The notes below the pieces were generated by a model, which made no database searches, was not told the DNA's origin, and saw nothing but the letters and a program-made list of their open reading frames with translations. The position numbers and the translations under genes are program-made. Positions 50,223 through 58,975 of a stretch of DNA of 64,000 bases are shown piece after piece. Positions within the stretch are counted from its first letter, which is position 1. Each line of letters begins with the position of its first letter. The DNA comes from Candidatus Pacearchaeota archaeon (GTDB lineage: Archaea > Nanobdellota > Nanobdellia > Pacearchaeales > GW2011-AR1), in the NCBI GenBank assembly GCA_050124795.1, contig JASFEO010000004.1, forward strand, positions 8,943 to 72,942, read 5' to 3'.

Positions 50223-51995
50223 ATGATAACACGAAAAGAATTAATAAAAAAATACATTGAATTTTTTAAATCTAAAAACCATAAAGAAATTCCAAATGCA
50301 AGTTTAATTCCGGAAAACGACCCAACTGTTTTATTTACAACTGCAGGAATGCATCCATTAGTTCCATACTTATTAGGTCAGCCTCATCCTTTAGGAAAAA
50401 GATTAATGAATGTTCAAAGATGTATAAGAACAATCGATATTGAAGAAGTCGGCGACTCAACACATCACACTTTTTTTGAAATGATTGGAAACTGGTCTTT
50501 AGGAGACTATTGGAAAAAAGAGGCAATTCAATGGAGTTTTGAATTTGCAACAAAAATCTTAAACCTTCCTATTGGAAATTTGGCAGTCACAGTTTTTGGT
50601 GGGGACAATAGAGAACCCCAAGTTCCAAAAGATGAAGAATCTGCAAAAATCTTGGAAGAATTAGGCATTCCAAAAAAAAGAATTGCTTATCTCCCAGGAG
50701 GGATTCATGAAAGTGAAGACAATTGGTGGGGGCCAGCTGGAAAAACAGGACCATGCGGACCTTCAACAGAAATGTTTTACTGGAAAGACAACTCTCGTCC
50801 TGCTCCAGAGAAATTTGGTCCTGAAGATGAAACCTGGGTTGAAATTTGGAATGATGTTTTAATGCAGTATAATAAAGATGAAAAAGGAAACTATAATTTA
50901 GCAAAACAAAAAAACATTGATAATGGAAGAGGTTTAGAGAGAGTTTTAGCAATCATAAACGGGCTTGAAGATAATTACTTAACAGAAGTATGGACTCCAA
51001 TAATTGAAAAGATTGAAGAATTATCAAATAAAAAATATTCTGAAAATCCAAAAGAAATGCGAATAATTGCAGACCACATAAAAGCATCTTGTTTTATAAT
51101 TGCCGACGGAATTGTTCCTGCAAATTCAGATCAAGGTTATGTTTTAAGAAGATTAATTCGTCGTGCAGTTAGAAATGGAAAAACTCTTGGAATTGAAAAA
51201 TTCACAAAAAAAATTGCAGAACCTGTTTTTGAAATTTACAATGATTATCCTGAACTTGAAAAAAACAAAGAAAAAATTTTAAATGAATTAGAAAAAGAAG
51301 AAGAGAAATTTTTAACGACACTAGAAAAAGGTTTAAATAAATTCAATAAATTTACTAAAGACAAAAAAGAACTTTCAGGAAAAGAAATATTTTTACTTTA
51401 TCAAAGTTATGGCTTTCCAATTGAACTAACTGAAGAAATTGCAAAAGAAAAAAACATTAAAATTAATAAAAAAGATTTTGAAAAAGAATTAAAAAAACAT
51501 CAGGAACTCTCGCGAACAGCATCAGCAGGCAAATTTAAATCAGGCTTGGCAGACAATAGTGAGGCAACAACAAAATTGCACACAGCAGCGCATTTATTAT
51601 TAAAAGCATTGCAAATAATTTTAAAAGATAACAACATTTTGCAGCGAGGTTCAAACATAACTCCTGAAAGACTAAGACTGGATTTTAATTTTGAAAGAAA
51701 ATTAACAGAAGAAGAAGTAAAAAAAGTTGAAGATTTAGTAAATGAAAAGATAAATGAAAAGATAAAAGTTGTTCGCGAGGAAATGACACCAAGTGAAGCA
51801 AAAGAAAAAGGTGCCCAGGGAATGTTTGACAGAAAATATCCTGACATAGTTTCAGTTTATACAATAGGAAATTTTTCAAAAGAAATTTGCACTGGGCCCC
51901 ATGTAAAAAATACTTCTGAATTAGGAAAGTTTAAAATTAAAAAACAACAATCATCAAGCGCAGGTGTTCGACGTATAAAAGCTGTTTTGGGATAG
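50223..51995 (+). CDS. alaS: alanyl-tRNA synthetase, short form
   Basis: DPTVLFTTAGM, HHTFFEM.GN, GPCGP, IADH, HTAAH, CTGPH, GVRRI.A; ends after the editing domain. Confidence 0.96.
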   Translation: MITRKELIKKYIEFFKSKNHKEIPNASLIPENDPTVLFTTAGMHPLVPYLLGQPHPLGKRLMNVQRCIRTIDIEEVGDSTHHTFFEMIGNWSLGDYWKKEAIQWSFEFATKILNLPIGNLAVTVFGGDNREPQVPKDEESAKILEELGIPKKRIAYLPGGIHESEDNWWGPAGKTGPCGPSTEMFYWKDNSRPAPEKFGPEDETWVEIWNDVLMQYNKDEKGNYNLAKQKNIDNGRGLERVLAIINGLEDNYLTEVWTPIIEKIEELSNKKYSENPKEMRIIADHIKASCFIIADGIVPANSDQGYVLRRLIRRAVRNGKTLGIEKFTKKIAEPVFEIYNDYPELEKNKEKILNELEKEEEKFLTTLEKGLNKFNKFTKDKKELSGKEIFLLYQSYGFPIELTEEIAKEKNIKINKKDFEKELKKHQELSRTASAGKFKSGLADNSEATTKLHTAAHLLLKALQIILKDNNILQRGSNITPERLRLDFNFERKLTEEEVKKVEDLVNEKINEKIKVVREEMTPSEAKEKGAQGMFDRKYPDIVSVYTIGNFSKEICTGPHVKNTSELGKFKIKKQQSSSAGVRRIKAVLG

Positions 51996-52268
51996 TATCT
52001 AAATCTTTTTATACATAATTCAAAAAATAATCTTATGGGTGATTTAAATAATAATGAATTTAAAATTAACTTGCTAAAATTGGAAGAAGCTTGTTTTGAG
52101 TATTTAATTTAAACCCCAAATCCCCCGCAACCCCAATCCCTCTATAGATTTCTTCTTTTTTCATAAAAACAAAAATCCGCACTTGCTTAAAAGAATTATT
52201 GCTCTTTAATATATTCTTTTAAAATTCCAAATCATTTTATAAAAATAATATTGCAGAGCAATAATATA

Positions 52269-52340
52269 TGGTCCCACGCAGAATCGAACTGCGGTCTTAT
52301 CCACGTCAAGGATATGTCTTGGCCATTGGACTACAGGACC
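52269..52340 (-). tRNA. tRNA-Val(GAC)
   Basis: GGTCCTG/TGGGACC plus A73, TATCC-TTGACGT-GGATA anticodon arm, CGCAG-TTCGATT-CTGCG T-arm. Confidence 0.9.
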
Positions 52341-52423
52341 TTCAACAGTGCTATCTAATCCTACTTATGACAACTTTTGAATGTGCTGTACAGGCAGGAC
52401 CTTACAAAAAAGACAATTATTCA

Positions 52424-52717
52424 TTATAAAAAACTTTTCTTGCTAATTCTCCTCCCAACTTTCCCCCCCTTAATCTGCCCCCAATTCTTCTCAACAAATT
52501 TAAAATTTAATTTTTTAGAATTTATTTTTCCCAAGGAACACAAATCATTAAACAAATTCTCAGGCAAAAGCCTCCGCTCAACAAAATAATTTTTCATTGT
52601 TGAATAACTGACTCCAATTCTTTTTGAAAGTTCTCGTAGCGACGGAGAATTAACTTCTTTCATAAGTTTCTCTAAAAATTTCTTTTGCATATTTTTTCTA
52701 AACTTTATTCTTTTCAT
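52424..52717 (-). CDS. small basic HTH protein directly upstream of tRNA-Val
   Basis: SLRELSKRIGVSYSTMKNY HTH; WGQIKGG. Confidence 0.7.
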   Translation of the reverse strand: MKRIKFRKNMQKKFLEKLMKEVNSPSLRELSKRIGVSYSTMKNYFVERRLLPENLFNDLCSLGKINSKKLNFKFVEKNWGQIKGGKVGRRISKKSFL

Positions 52718-52779
52718 TTTTTATTAATTATCTCTTTAAGTATATAAACATTTAAAAACAAAACAAAATTTTAAACCTA

Positions 52780-52944
52780 ATGAGTTGCTTTGAAGATTGT
52801 TACCCTGAAATATGGGAAGAAAGATGCAGAAAGGAAAAACCTTGGAATTATAATAATGGAGGACATCAACCTGACGCTGATGAACAGGCAATCATAGAAC
52901 ATTTAGAAGATTCTTTAAGAAATCCTCAAAATTATAAAGACTAA
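52780..52944 (+). CDS. 54-aa hypothetical protein (absent from ORF track)
   Basis: MSCFEDCYPEIWEERC..NPQNYKD*; TATA-like sequence upstream. Confidence 0.45.
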   Translation: MSCFEDCYPEIWEERCRKEKPWNYNNGGHQPDADEQAIIEHLEDSLRNPQNYKD

Positions 52945-53021
52945 CAAAAGAATTTTAATATTTTTACTGCGGCACCACAACTATAAAAACTTTTATAAAC
53001 CAATATTTTTTTACTTTGGCA

Positions 53022-53339
53022 ATGAAGTTGCCAAAATTAACTAACAGATATTGTCCATATTGCAAAAAAAAGACAGACCAGAAAATCAAAATAGTTGGAA
53101 CAGGAGGTAAAAGAGGAACCCTGACTCGTGGTGGAAAGTCCAGAGCAAGATTAAGAGGTTTAGGACGAGGAATTGGGAACCTAGGAAAATGGGGCTCAAA
53201 ACCCGCAGTTACAAAATTCAAAAGAAAAACAAAAACAACTAAAAAGACAAACATCATGTATACATGCCAAGTCTGCAAAAAATCTAAATACAGACAAGGC
53301 AGAAGAAATAAACGAACAGGAAAAGTATTACAGGAATAA
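53022..53339 (+). CDS. rpl44e: 50S ribosomal protein L44e (eL42)
   Basis: MKLPK...YCPYCKK.T..K.TKK....TC..C. Confidence 0.92.
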   Translation: MKLPKLTNRYCPYCKKKTDQKIKIVGTGGKRGTLTRGGKSRARLRGLGRGIGNLGKWGSKPAVTKFKRKTKTTKKTNIMYTCQVCKKSKYRQGRRNKRTGKVLQE

Positions 53340-53341
53340 AA

Positions 53342-53593
53342 ATGAAAATAAAATTATATAAAAAATATATTGGACAATACAGGAAATCAAAATTAAAAGT
53401 AAATCTTGAATATACCCAAGACAAAATCAGAGATTCTCAGAAGAGCATAGAAGGATTAAGATTAATATTAGAAGACCCTTTATGTTTTTCTATACCTTTT
53501 GTAGATGATACTATTTTATCATTAAAAAAACATAGACTTAAAAGATTAAAAATTAAAGAAGGAAGATTATCTCAAAGATTAGGAGTAATTTAA
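53342..53593 (+). CDS. basic hypothetical protein
   Basis: 83-aa ORF packed between rpl44e and rps3ae. Confidence 0.55.
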   Translation: MKIKLYKKYIGQYRKSKLKVNLEYTQDKIRDSQKSIEGLRLILEDPLCFSIPFVDDTILSLKKHRLKRLKIKEGRLSQRLGVI

Positions 53594-53594
53594 A

Positions 53595-54308
53595 ATGGCA
53601 ATAGCAAAAAGAAAAAAGAAATTTTTTGAAGTTGACATGCCTATAATTCGAAAAGAAACTCAGCTTCAGGCATTTGAACCCAAAGAATTAGTTGACAGAA
53701 TTATTCGTTATGACTTAACAAGAATGAACAGAGGAAAAGGAATGCTCTTGCAATTAAAGGTAAAATCAAAAGACGACAAATTAACAACAATACCAACTGC
53801 GCTCCAACTAATGCCTTATTACTTAAAGCGTATGGTAAGAAAAGGAACAAATTATGTTGAGGATTCTTTTTCTGCTGATGCAAAAGATTCTGTAATCAGA
53901 ATAAAACCATTTTTAATTACAAGAAGAAAAGTCTCGCGCGCAGTTAGAAAAGCATTAAGAAATAAAGCAAGAGAAGAACTTACAAAATATTTAAAATCAA
54001 AATCAAGTGAAAAAATATTTGAAGAAGTTTTAAAAAACCATGTTCAAAAAACACTTAGCTTGAAACTAAAAAAGATTTATCCATTAAGTTTGTGTGAAAT
54101 CAGAATTCTAAAAGTAGAAAAGTTTATTAAAGATAAAGTTGAAAATAAAAATATGGATGAAGAAAAAATAGAAAATGCAGCTGAGGAAATAACAAAAGAT
54201 GTTGAAGTTGAAAATGTCAAAGAACCTTCAGTAAAAGAAGAAGTTAAAAAAGAAATAGAAAAAGAAGTTGAAGAAGTAATTGAAGACGTTGCTGAAGACA
54301 AAGAATAA
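53595..54308 (+). CDS. rps3ae: 30S ribosomal protein S3Ae (eS1) with acidic tail
   Basis: YLKRMVRKG...VEDSF, KKIYPL..CEIR. Confidence 0.9.
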   Translation: MAIAKRKKKFFEVDMPIIRKETQLQAFEPKELVDRIIRYDLTRMNRGKGMLLQLKVKSKDDKLTTIPTALQLMPYYLKRMVRKGTNYVEDSFSADAKDSVIRIKPFLITRRKVSRAVRKALRNKAREELTKYLKSKSSEKIFEEVLKNHVQKTLSLKLKKIYPLSLCEIRILKVEKFIKDKVENKNMDEEKIENAAEEITKDVEVENVKEPSVKEEVKKEIEKEVEEVIEDVAEDKE

Positions 54309-54323
54309 ATAATCATTCTAAAA

Positions 54324-54893
54324 ATGACGACAACTTATATATTGCATGGAGGAAATACTGGCGTCCCTTGTGCAAGAAATTTTGAACTCTATAAAGAATT
54401 AGCTAGACAAACTCCTGACAAAGGAAAAATTCTTTTCATGTTTTTTGCAATAGACAAAGAAAAATGGGAACCTTCATTAGAACATAATAAAAATTCTTTT
54501 CAAAAAACTAAAACAACAAAAAAGTTTAACCTTGAAATTGCAAACCCAAAAACAGAAAAATTAATAGAACAAATTAATTCAACAGATACAATTTACATTT
54601 GCGGAGGAAACGACGATTGGTTAAAAAAACCTCTTGAGAAAATAAATAATCTTGAAAAATTATTAAAAGGAAAAACAATAATGGGGTGTTCAGCAGGAGC
54701 AAACATTCTCTCAAAATATTTCTATCGAAATAGTAAACAAAGAGTTGAAAATGGATTGGGGATTATCCCAATAAAAGTTTTCTGCCATTATAACAAAAAC
54801 AAAAAAGAAAAATTAAAAGAATTAAAAAGTTATGGAAAAAATTTTCCAATATACACAATTCCTGAAGAAGATTTTATTATACTTGAAAGATAA
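54324..54893 (+). CDS. peptidase E (S51) family
   Basis: IYICGGN, GCSAGA, GLG, HY. Confidence 0.85.
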   Translation: MTTTYILHGGNTGVPCARNFELYKELARQTPDKGKILFMFFAIDKEKWEPSLEHNKNSFQKTKTTKKFNLEIANPKTEKLIEQINSTDTIYICGGNDDWLKKPLEKINNLEKLLKGKTIMGCSAGANILSKYFYRNSKQRVENGLGIIPIKVFCHYNKNKKEKLKELKSYGKNFPIYTIPEEDFIILER

Positions 54894-54983
54894 ATTTTAG
54901 AAAAATTTTAACTGTAATTTTAAAATTGTAATAAGAATATAAATATTAATTATTAATGAAAATTACACAATATATGCTCTAAA

Positions 54984-55643
54984 ATGATTAATAAATTATC
55001 AAAAGAATTAATTAAAAGAAAGGTCTATCACAAAATACAAGACAAGACAATCTTAACAAGAAAAACAAAAGTTTCAATACCTAAGATAAATAAAGATATA
55101 GCATATCTAATAGGGGTTATTGCAGGAGATGGTTCATTAGTTGCCACACCAAGGAAAAGAGGGGGCTATCACTATATCTTAAGAATTTATGCAGAAAAAG
55201 AAGAATATCTAAAACTATTAAACAAGATATTTGAAAAACATTTTTTATTAAAAGGCGGGATAAAAAAGGATAAAAGAAAAAGAAGTGCGTATTATCTCTT
55301 AATTCAAAATGCATCAATATTCTTTTATTTTGTAAATAATGGAAGTGAAATCGGCAAAAAACAAAGATTCAAAATCCCAAAGGCTATTCAAGAAAATAGA
55401 AGGTATTTCTTAGAATATCTCGCAGGTTTGGTCGATACAGACGGGCATATCGCAAGAAAAAGAGTCCATTTAAAACAAAAAAGTGAGGTCTTGTTGCGGG
55501 AAATAAACAAACTTGCAAATAAAGAAGGATTAAACTGCAACCTTCCAAAAGTAAATTATACAAATGAAGAACCATATTACTATATTCGGTTTGACAATAA
55601 AATACCCTTAAGATTTAAAACAAACAAATTTTTAAAGGGTTGA
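54984..55643 (+). CDS. free-standing double-motif LAGLIDADG endonuclease-like protein
   Basis: AYLIGVIAGDGS and EYLAGLVDTDGH, both acidic catalytic positions intact. Confidence 0.85.
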   Translation: MINKLSKELIKRKVYHKIQDKTILTRKTKVSIPKINKDIAYLIGVIAGDGSLVATPRKRGGYHYILRIYAEKEEYLKLLNKIFEKHFLLKGGIKKDKRKRSAYYLLIQNASIFFYFVNNGSEIGKKQRFKIPKAIQENRRYFLEYLAGLVDTDGHIARKRVHLKQKSEVLLREINKLANKEGLNCNLPKVNYTNEEPYYYIRFDNKIPLRFKTNKFLKG

Positions 55644-55656
55644 TTATTACTGATTT

Positions 55657-55942
55657 AAGCCTGTGTTGGTACGCCTGCATAGCTCAGTGGTAGAGCAAAG
55701 TGTTTTGAGTTTTCAAGAGACTCTGACTCGCTCAGCTGCCTTGTAAGCAGTAGGCCGGGGGTTCGAATCCCTCTGCAGGCTTGTACACATTCTTTCCAAG
55801 AATGTGTTAATTCTGAGGGATTCAAAGTCATGTAAACACAAGAGCAATTGATTCTCGGGGGCCGAACAACCTTGTGATAAAAGTATCGCCGGCACAGAAA
55901 CTTTGTGCAAAGTTGGGAGATAAAGGAATCCCCCACAGGCTT
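55657..55942 (+). ncRNA. candidate structured RNA enclosing tRNA-Thr
   Basis: AAGCCTGTG/CACAGGCTT terminal inverted repeat, several internal hairpins, TATA upstream, T-run downstream. Confidence 0.5.
55673..55781 (+). tRNA. tRNA-Thr(TGT) with a 37-nt intron at position 27/28 (55699-55735)
   Basis: GCCTGCA/TGCAGGC plus U73; BHB: GGTA/TGCC, central GAGC/GCTC, bulges AAA and AGC; splicing yields a 72-nt tRNA with ACTGC-CTTGTAA-GCAGT. Confidence 0.88.
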
Positions 55943-55994
55943 TTATATTCTAAACAAAATAAATCTTTATAACTAAGAACTTTCTAAAAATAAA

Positions 55995-56245
55995 ATGGCT
56001 TGGCAAGACATTTCAATAACAATAATTATTATTGCATTTAGTTATGCATTAACCCCTCAAATTTACCTTGGCCTTAAAGAAAAAAAGGTCTAATAAATCT
56101 TCAGACTTCAATTATAACTGCTCTTGGCATGTATTCTCTTGCAGTTATTTATACAACAATAAATCTTTTTGTCTCATCAATTCTGGCATTAACAACAGGA
56201 ATTCTCTGGACAATTTTATTTTTGCAGAAGATGATTTATAGATAA
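55995..56245 (+). pseudogene. PQ-loop/SemiSWEET-like 3-TM protein frameshifted at a 7-A run
   Basis: MAWQD..ALTPQIY..KEKK; one extra A at 56080-56086 continues GLINLQTS..LQKMIYR*. Confidence 0.65.
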
Positions 56246-56247
56246 AA

Positions 56248-56502
56248 TTAAAAATCAATATTTCCGATTTCAAGTTCATGATAAATAGATGAAACTTTCC
56301 TCCAAGCCTCTGGGATGATTTTATCTCTCCCGAACTCATACTCCCCCCAAGATGCCCTAGACAAAGCCATGCATGCATCTTCAAAATATCTTAAACTATC
56401 AAGACTCTTCAAAGAAAAAACTTTTTCAACAGAATTCTTTAATACTAAATTTCTATCCCGAAACTCTGATTCCTGATAAGCATCACTAAAACCATCTGAC
56501 AT
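56248..56502 (-). CDS. hypothetical protein
   Basis: 84-aa ORF with TATA box upstream. Confidence 0.5.
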   Translation of the reverse strand: MSDGFSDAYQESEFRDRNLVLKNSVEKVFSLKSLDSLRYFEDACMALSRASWGEYEFGRDKIIPEAWRKVSSIYHELEIGNIDF

Positions 56503-56575
56503 AAAAATAAAAAAATTAAACTCTATTTAAAGATTTATATAATACAAAATAATAATTAATTTTCACAGAAATTTT

Positions 56576-56899
56576 TTACTTCAACTTAACAGCAGTCCCA
56601 AAAGCCAACATTTCACTTGCACCCTGCATTACCATTGAAGTTGAAAATCTCATTCCAATAATTGCATCTGCTTTTAACTTGATTGCCTCATTAACCATTC
56701 TGTTAAATGCTTCATCCCTTGCATTGGAAGTCATTTCAGTATAAGTCTTGATTTCTCCGCCAACTAAATTTTTTAATCCTGCGCCAATATCTCTGCCAAT
56801 ATTTCTCGCCCGAACAGTGCTTCCACGAACAACTCCCAAAACCTCTGCAATTTTTTTATTTGGGATTTCCTCAGTTGTTGCAACAATTAATTTTTTCAT
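56576..56899 (-). CDS. YbjQ/UPF0145 family protein
   Basis: GVVRG, D.GAGLKN.VGGE...YT, AR, GTAV. Confidence 0.95.
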   Translation of the reverse strand: MKKLIVATTEEIPNKKIAEVLGVVRGSTVRARNIGRDIGAGLKNLVGGEIKTYTEMTSNARDEAFNRMVNEAIKLKADAIIGMRFSTSMVMQGASEMLAFGTAVKLK

Positions 56900-57090
56900 T
56901 CATCCTTCCTCCTTTCAATTTTATCCTCATTCTTATTCACTAAAATAAAAATTCCAATTATAAATAAAGGTATTCCGTAAATTAAAGTCACAAAAGAACC
57001 CTCTGCTGAAAAAAATAAAGGCAAAGAACTCAAAAGCAATCCCACGATTATCAAGGCCATCCCAGTTATTGTCCTGCTCATGAAATTCAT
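56896..57090 (-). CDS. small 2-TM membrane protein
   Basis: Two hydrophobic helices; overlaps the ybjQ-like start. Confidence 0.75.
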   Translation of the reverse strand: MNFMSRTITGMALIIVGLLLSSLPLFFSAEGSFVTLIYGIPLFIIGIFILVNKNEDKIERRKDE

Positions 57091-57191
57091 AAAAAATAAA
57101 GAAAACCAAATTATTTAAATTTTCACATTCTAATAATTATTAATTTTTTAGTAATAACAACTTTTATAAGTAAAAAAATTATGGAATTTTT

Positions 57192-57869
57192 ATGGAACAA
57201 TACAAACCCTTGCAAGACAGTTCACTTGAAAAAAAATTAGATTATTCTTATAACAGAGTGTTTAAATCTCTTGAAAAATCAAGAATATCAATCCCCCGCT
57301 CTCAAATTTGCATAACAAACCAACAAGACCTGCAAAAAATGAACTTCGCAGAAAAAGAAAATTTAGAAGAAAATCTTTTTGAAACAAGTTATATAAGAGG
57401 CGTGTATTCTACAATAAATGATGTAATTTTTTTAGATAGGCTTTTTTCAGAAAATGAAAACGAAAGAGCAGTTGATTATGTCTTAAGCCACGAATACTTG
57501 CACAAATTGCTGGCAGAATATAACTATGCCCTAAAGGAAAATATTCAAAAAAGAAAAAGAGACCCCCAACTTAAATGGCCAGAAGGATCTTATGATCCTG
57601 TGCAAGAGATATTAAACAGACTTAATAAAAATTGCAAAAATAAAATGACCGAAGACGAAAAAAGAAAATTTCAGTTTGAGTCTTATATAGAGGAATCATT
57701 TGTTATAGCAGGAGGATTATATCTTGTGAACAATGTAAGTGATTATACATGGACAAAATTATCAAGAATGCGTATTGGGAACACTCTTGAAAAAGACAAA
57801 GAATTTATAAAAAAGCTGGAAGAAACACTAAAAGCATCATTTTTTGATTCAATGTTTGACATGGCCTAA
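57192..57869 (+). CDS. zincin-like HEXXH protein
   Basis: RGVY, LSHEYLH, downstream IEE. Confidence 0.6.
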   Translation: MEQYKPLQDSSLEKKLDYSYNRVFKSLEKSRISIPRSQICITNQQDLQKMNFAEKENLEENLFETSYIRGVYSTINDVIFLDRLFSENENERAVDYVLSHEYLHKLLAEYNYALKENIQKRKRDPQLKWPEGSYDPVQEILNRLNKNCKNKMTEDEKRKFQFESYIEESFVIAGGLYLVNNVSDYTWTKLSRMRIGNTLEKDKEFIKKLEETLKASFFDSMFDMA

Positions 57870-58024
57870 AGAAAACAACAGTTATGTACCCAATAATCCG
57901 TAGAACTCTTAAACACATATTTAATAAAAGATATAGAAAATCTTTGTCTTATAATATTATTCTTTAATAATAATTGTCATGCACAAAAAATTTATAACTC
58001 CACAATCTCTTATTTTATATTGAG

Positions 58025-58975
58025 GTGAAAATGCAAAAAATACTTCCAAAAAACAAACTAAATGGCTTTCTTCTTGATCTAATTAAAAAATATAAAGTTA
58101 TTGCCCCTGTTAAAGAAGAAGACAATCATGCAAAATTTAAACAAATTAAAAACCCCAAAGAAATTTATCTTGAAAAAATTGCAGATGTGCCTGCAAAGGA
58201 ATTTTTTATTCCTGAAAACGAAACACTAATTGAATTTAAAAATAATAAAGCAACAGAAACAAAAGGAGAAATAAAAAAAACAATAATTTTTGGTTTAAGA
58301 AAATGCGACTTAAATGCAATAGAAGTCCTCGACAAAGTCATGTTTGATTTGCCGTATATAAACAAAAGAAAAAACACAATTCTCATAGGACTATTTTGCG
58401 AAAACCCCGATGACTACTGCTTTTGCAATTCAATGGAACTAACAGATTATTACGACTTATTTTTATATCTATTAAAAAACAATTATTATATTTCAGTAGG
58501 TTCAAAAAAAGGAGAAGCCCTTGTAAAAAATTTATCTAATGCAAAAAAAGAAATTAAAATCCCAAATCCAAAAAATACCAGAAAACTAAAAACAAAAGAC
58601 ATTTCAAAATATTATAAAAATAAAATCTGGGAAACTGATTCTGAAAAATGCTTAAGCTGCGCAGCCTGCACGTCTTGGTGTCCGACATGCAATTGCTTTA
58701 ACCTAAAAGACAAAACAAATATTAATTTTAAAAACAGCAAGAGAATAAGGCAGGGAAGTTCATGCCAGTTAAAATCTTTTTCCCGCGTCGCCGGCGACAA
58801 AGTCTTTAGAAACTCGCGGCTTTCAAGATTCAAGCATTTTGTATATCATAAAATTGATTACTTCAAAAAAAAGCACAACAGATACATGTGTGTTGGATGC
58901 GGGAGATGTTTAAGAATATGCCCAACTAAAATTGACTGGATTGAAACAATAAATAAATTAGGAGGGGGGAAATGA
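58025..58975 (+). CDS. hydB: group 3b hydrogenase beta subunit (AsrA-like Fe-S)
   Basis: GLRKCD, CFC, CLSCAAC...CPTC.CF, CVGCGRC...CP. Confidence 0.9.
   Translation: MKMQKILPKNKLNGFLLDLIKKYKVIAPVKEEDNHAKFKQIKNPKEIYLEKIADVPAKEFFIPENETLIEFKNNKATETKGEIKKTIIFGLRKCDLNAIEVLDKVMFDLPYINKRKNTILIGLFCENPDDYCFCNSMELTDYYDLFLYLLKNNYYISVGSKKGEALVKNLSNAKKEIKIPNPKNTRKLKTKDISKYYKNKIWETDSEKCLSCAACTSWCPTCNCFNLKDKTNINFKNSKRIRQGSSCQLKSFSRVAGDKVFRNSRLSRFKHFVYHKIDYFKKKHNRYMCVGCGRCLRICPTKIDWIETINKLGGGK

Noticed and set aside
55655-55936. Two minus-strand ORFs over tRNA-Thr; likewise 34367-34570 over tRNA-Arg
   Set aside because: Antisense to tRNA genes
55782-55942. RNase P RNA (GAGG..AAAGTC, ACAGAAAC, GGCTT look-alikes)
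   Set aside because: A proper P4 helix with bulged U and correctly ordered conserved regions could not be built; kept only as unknown RNA
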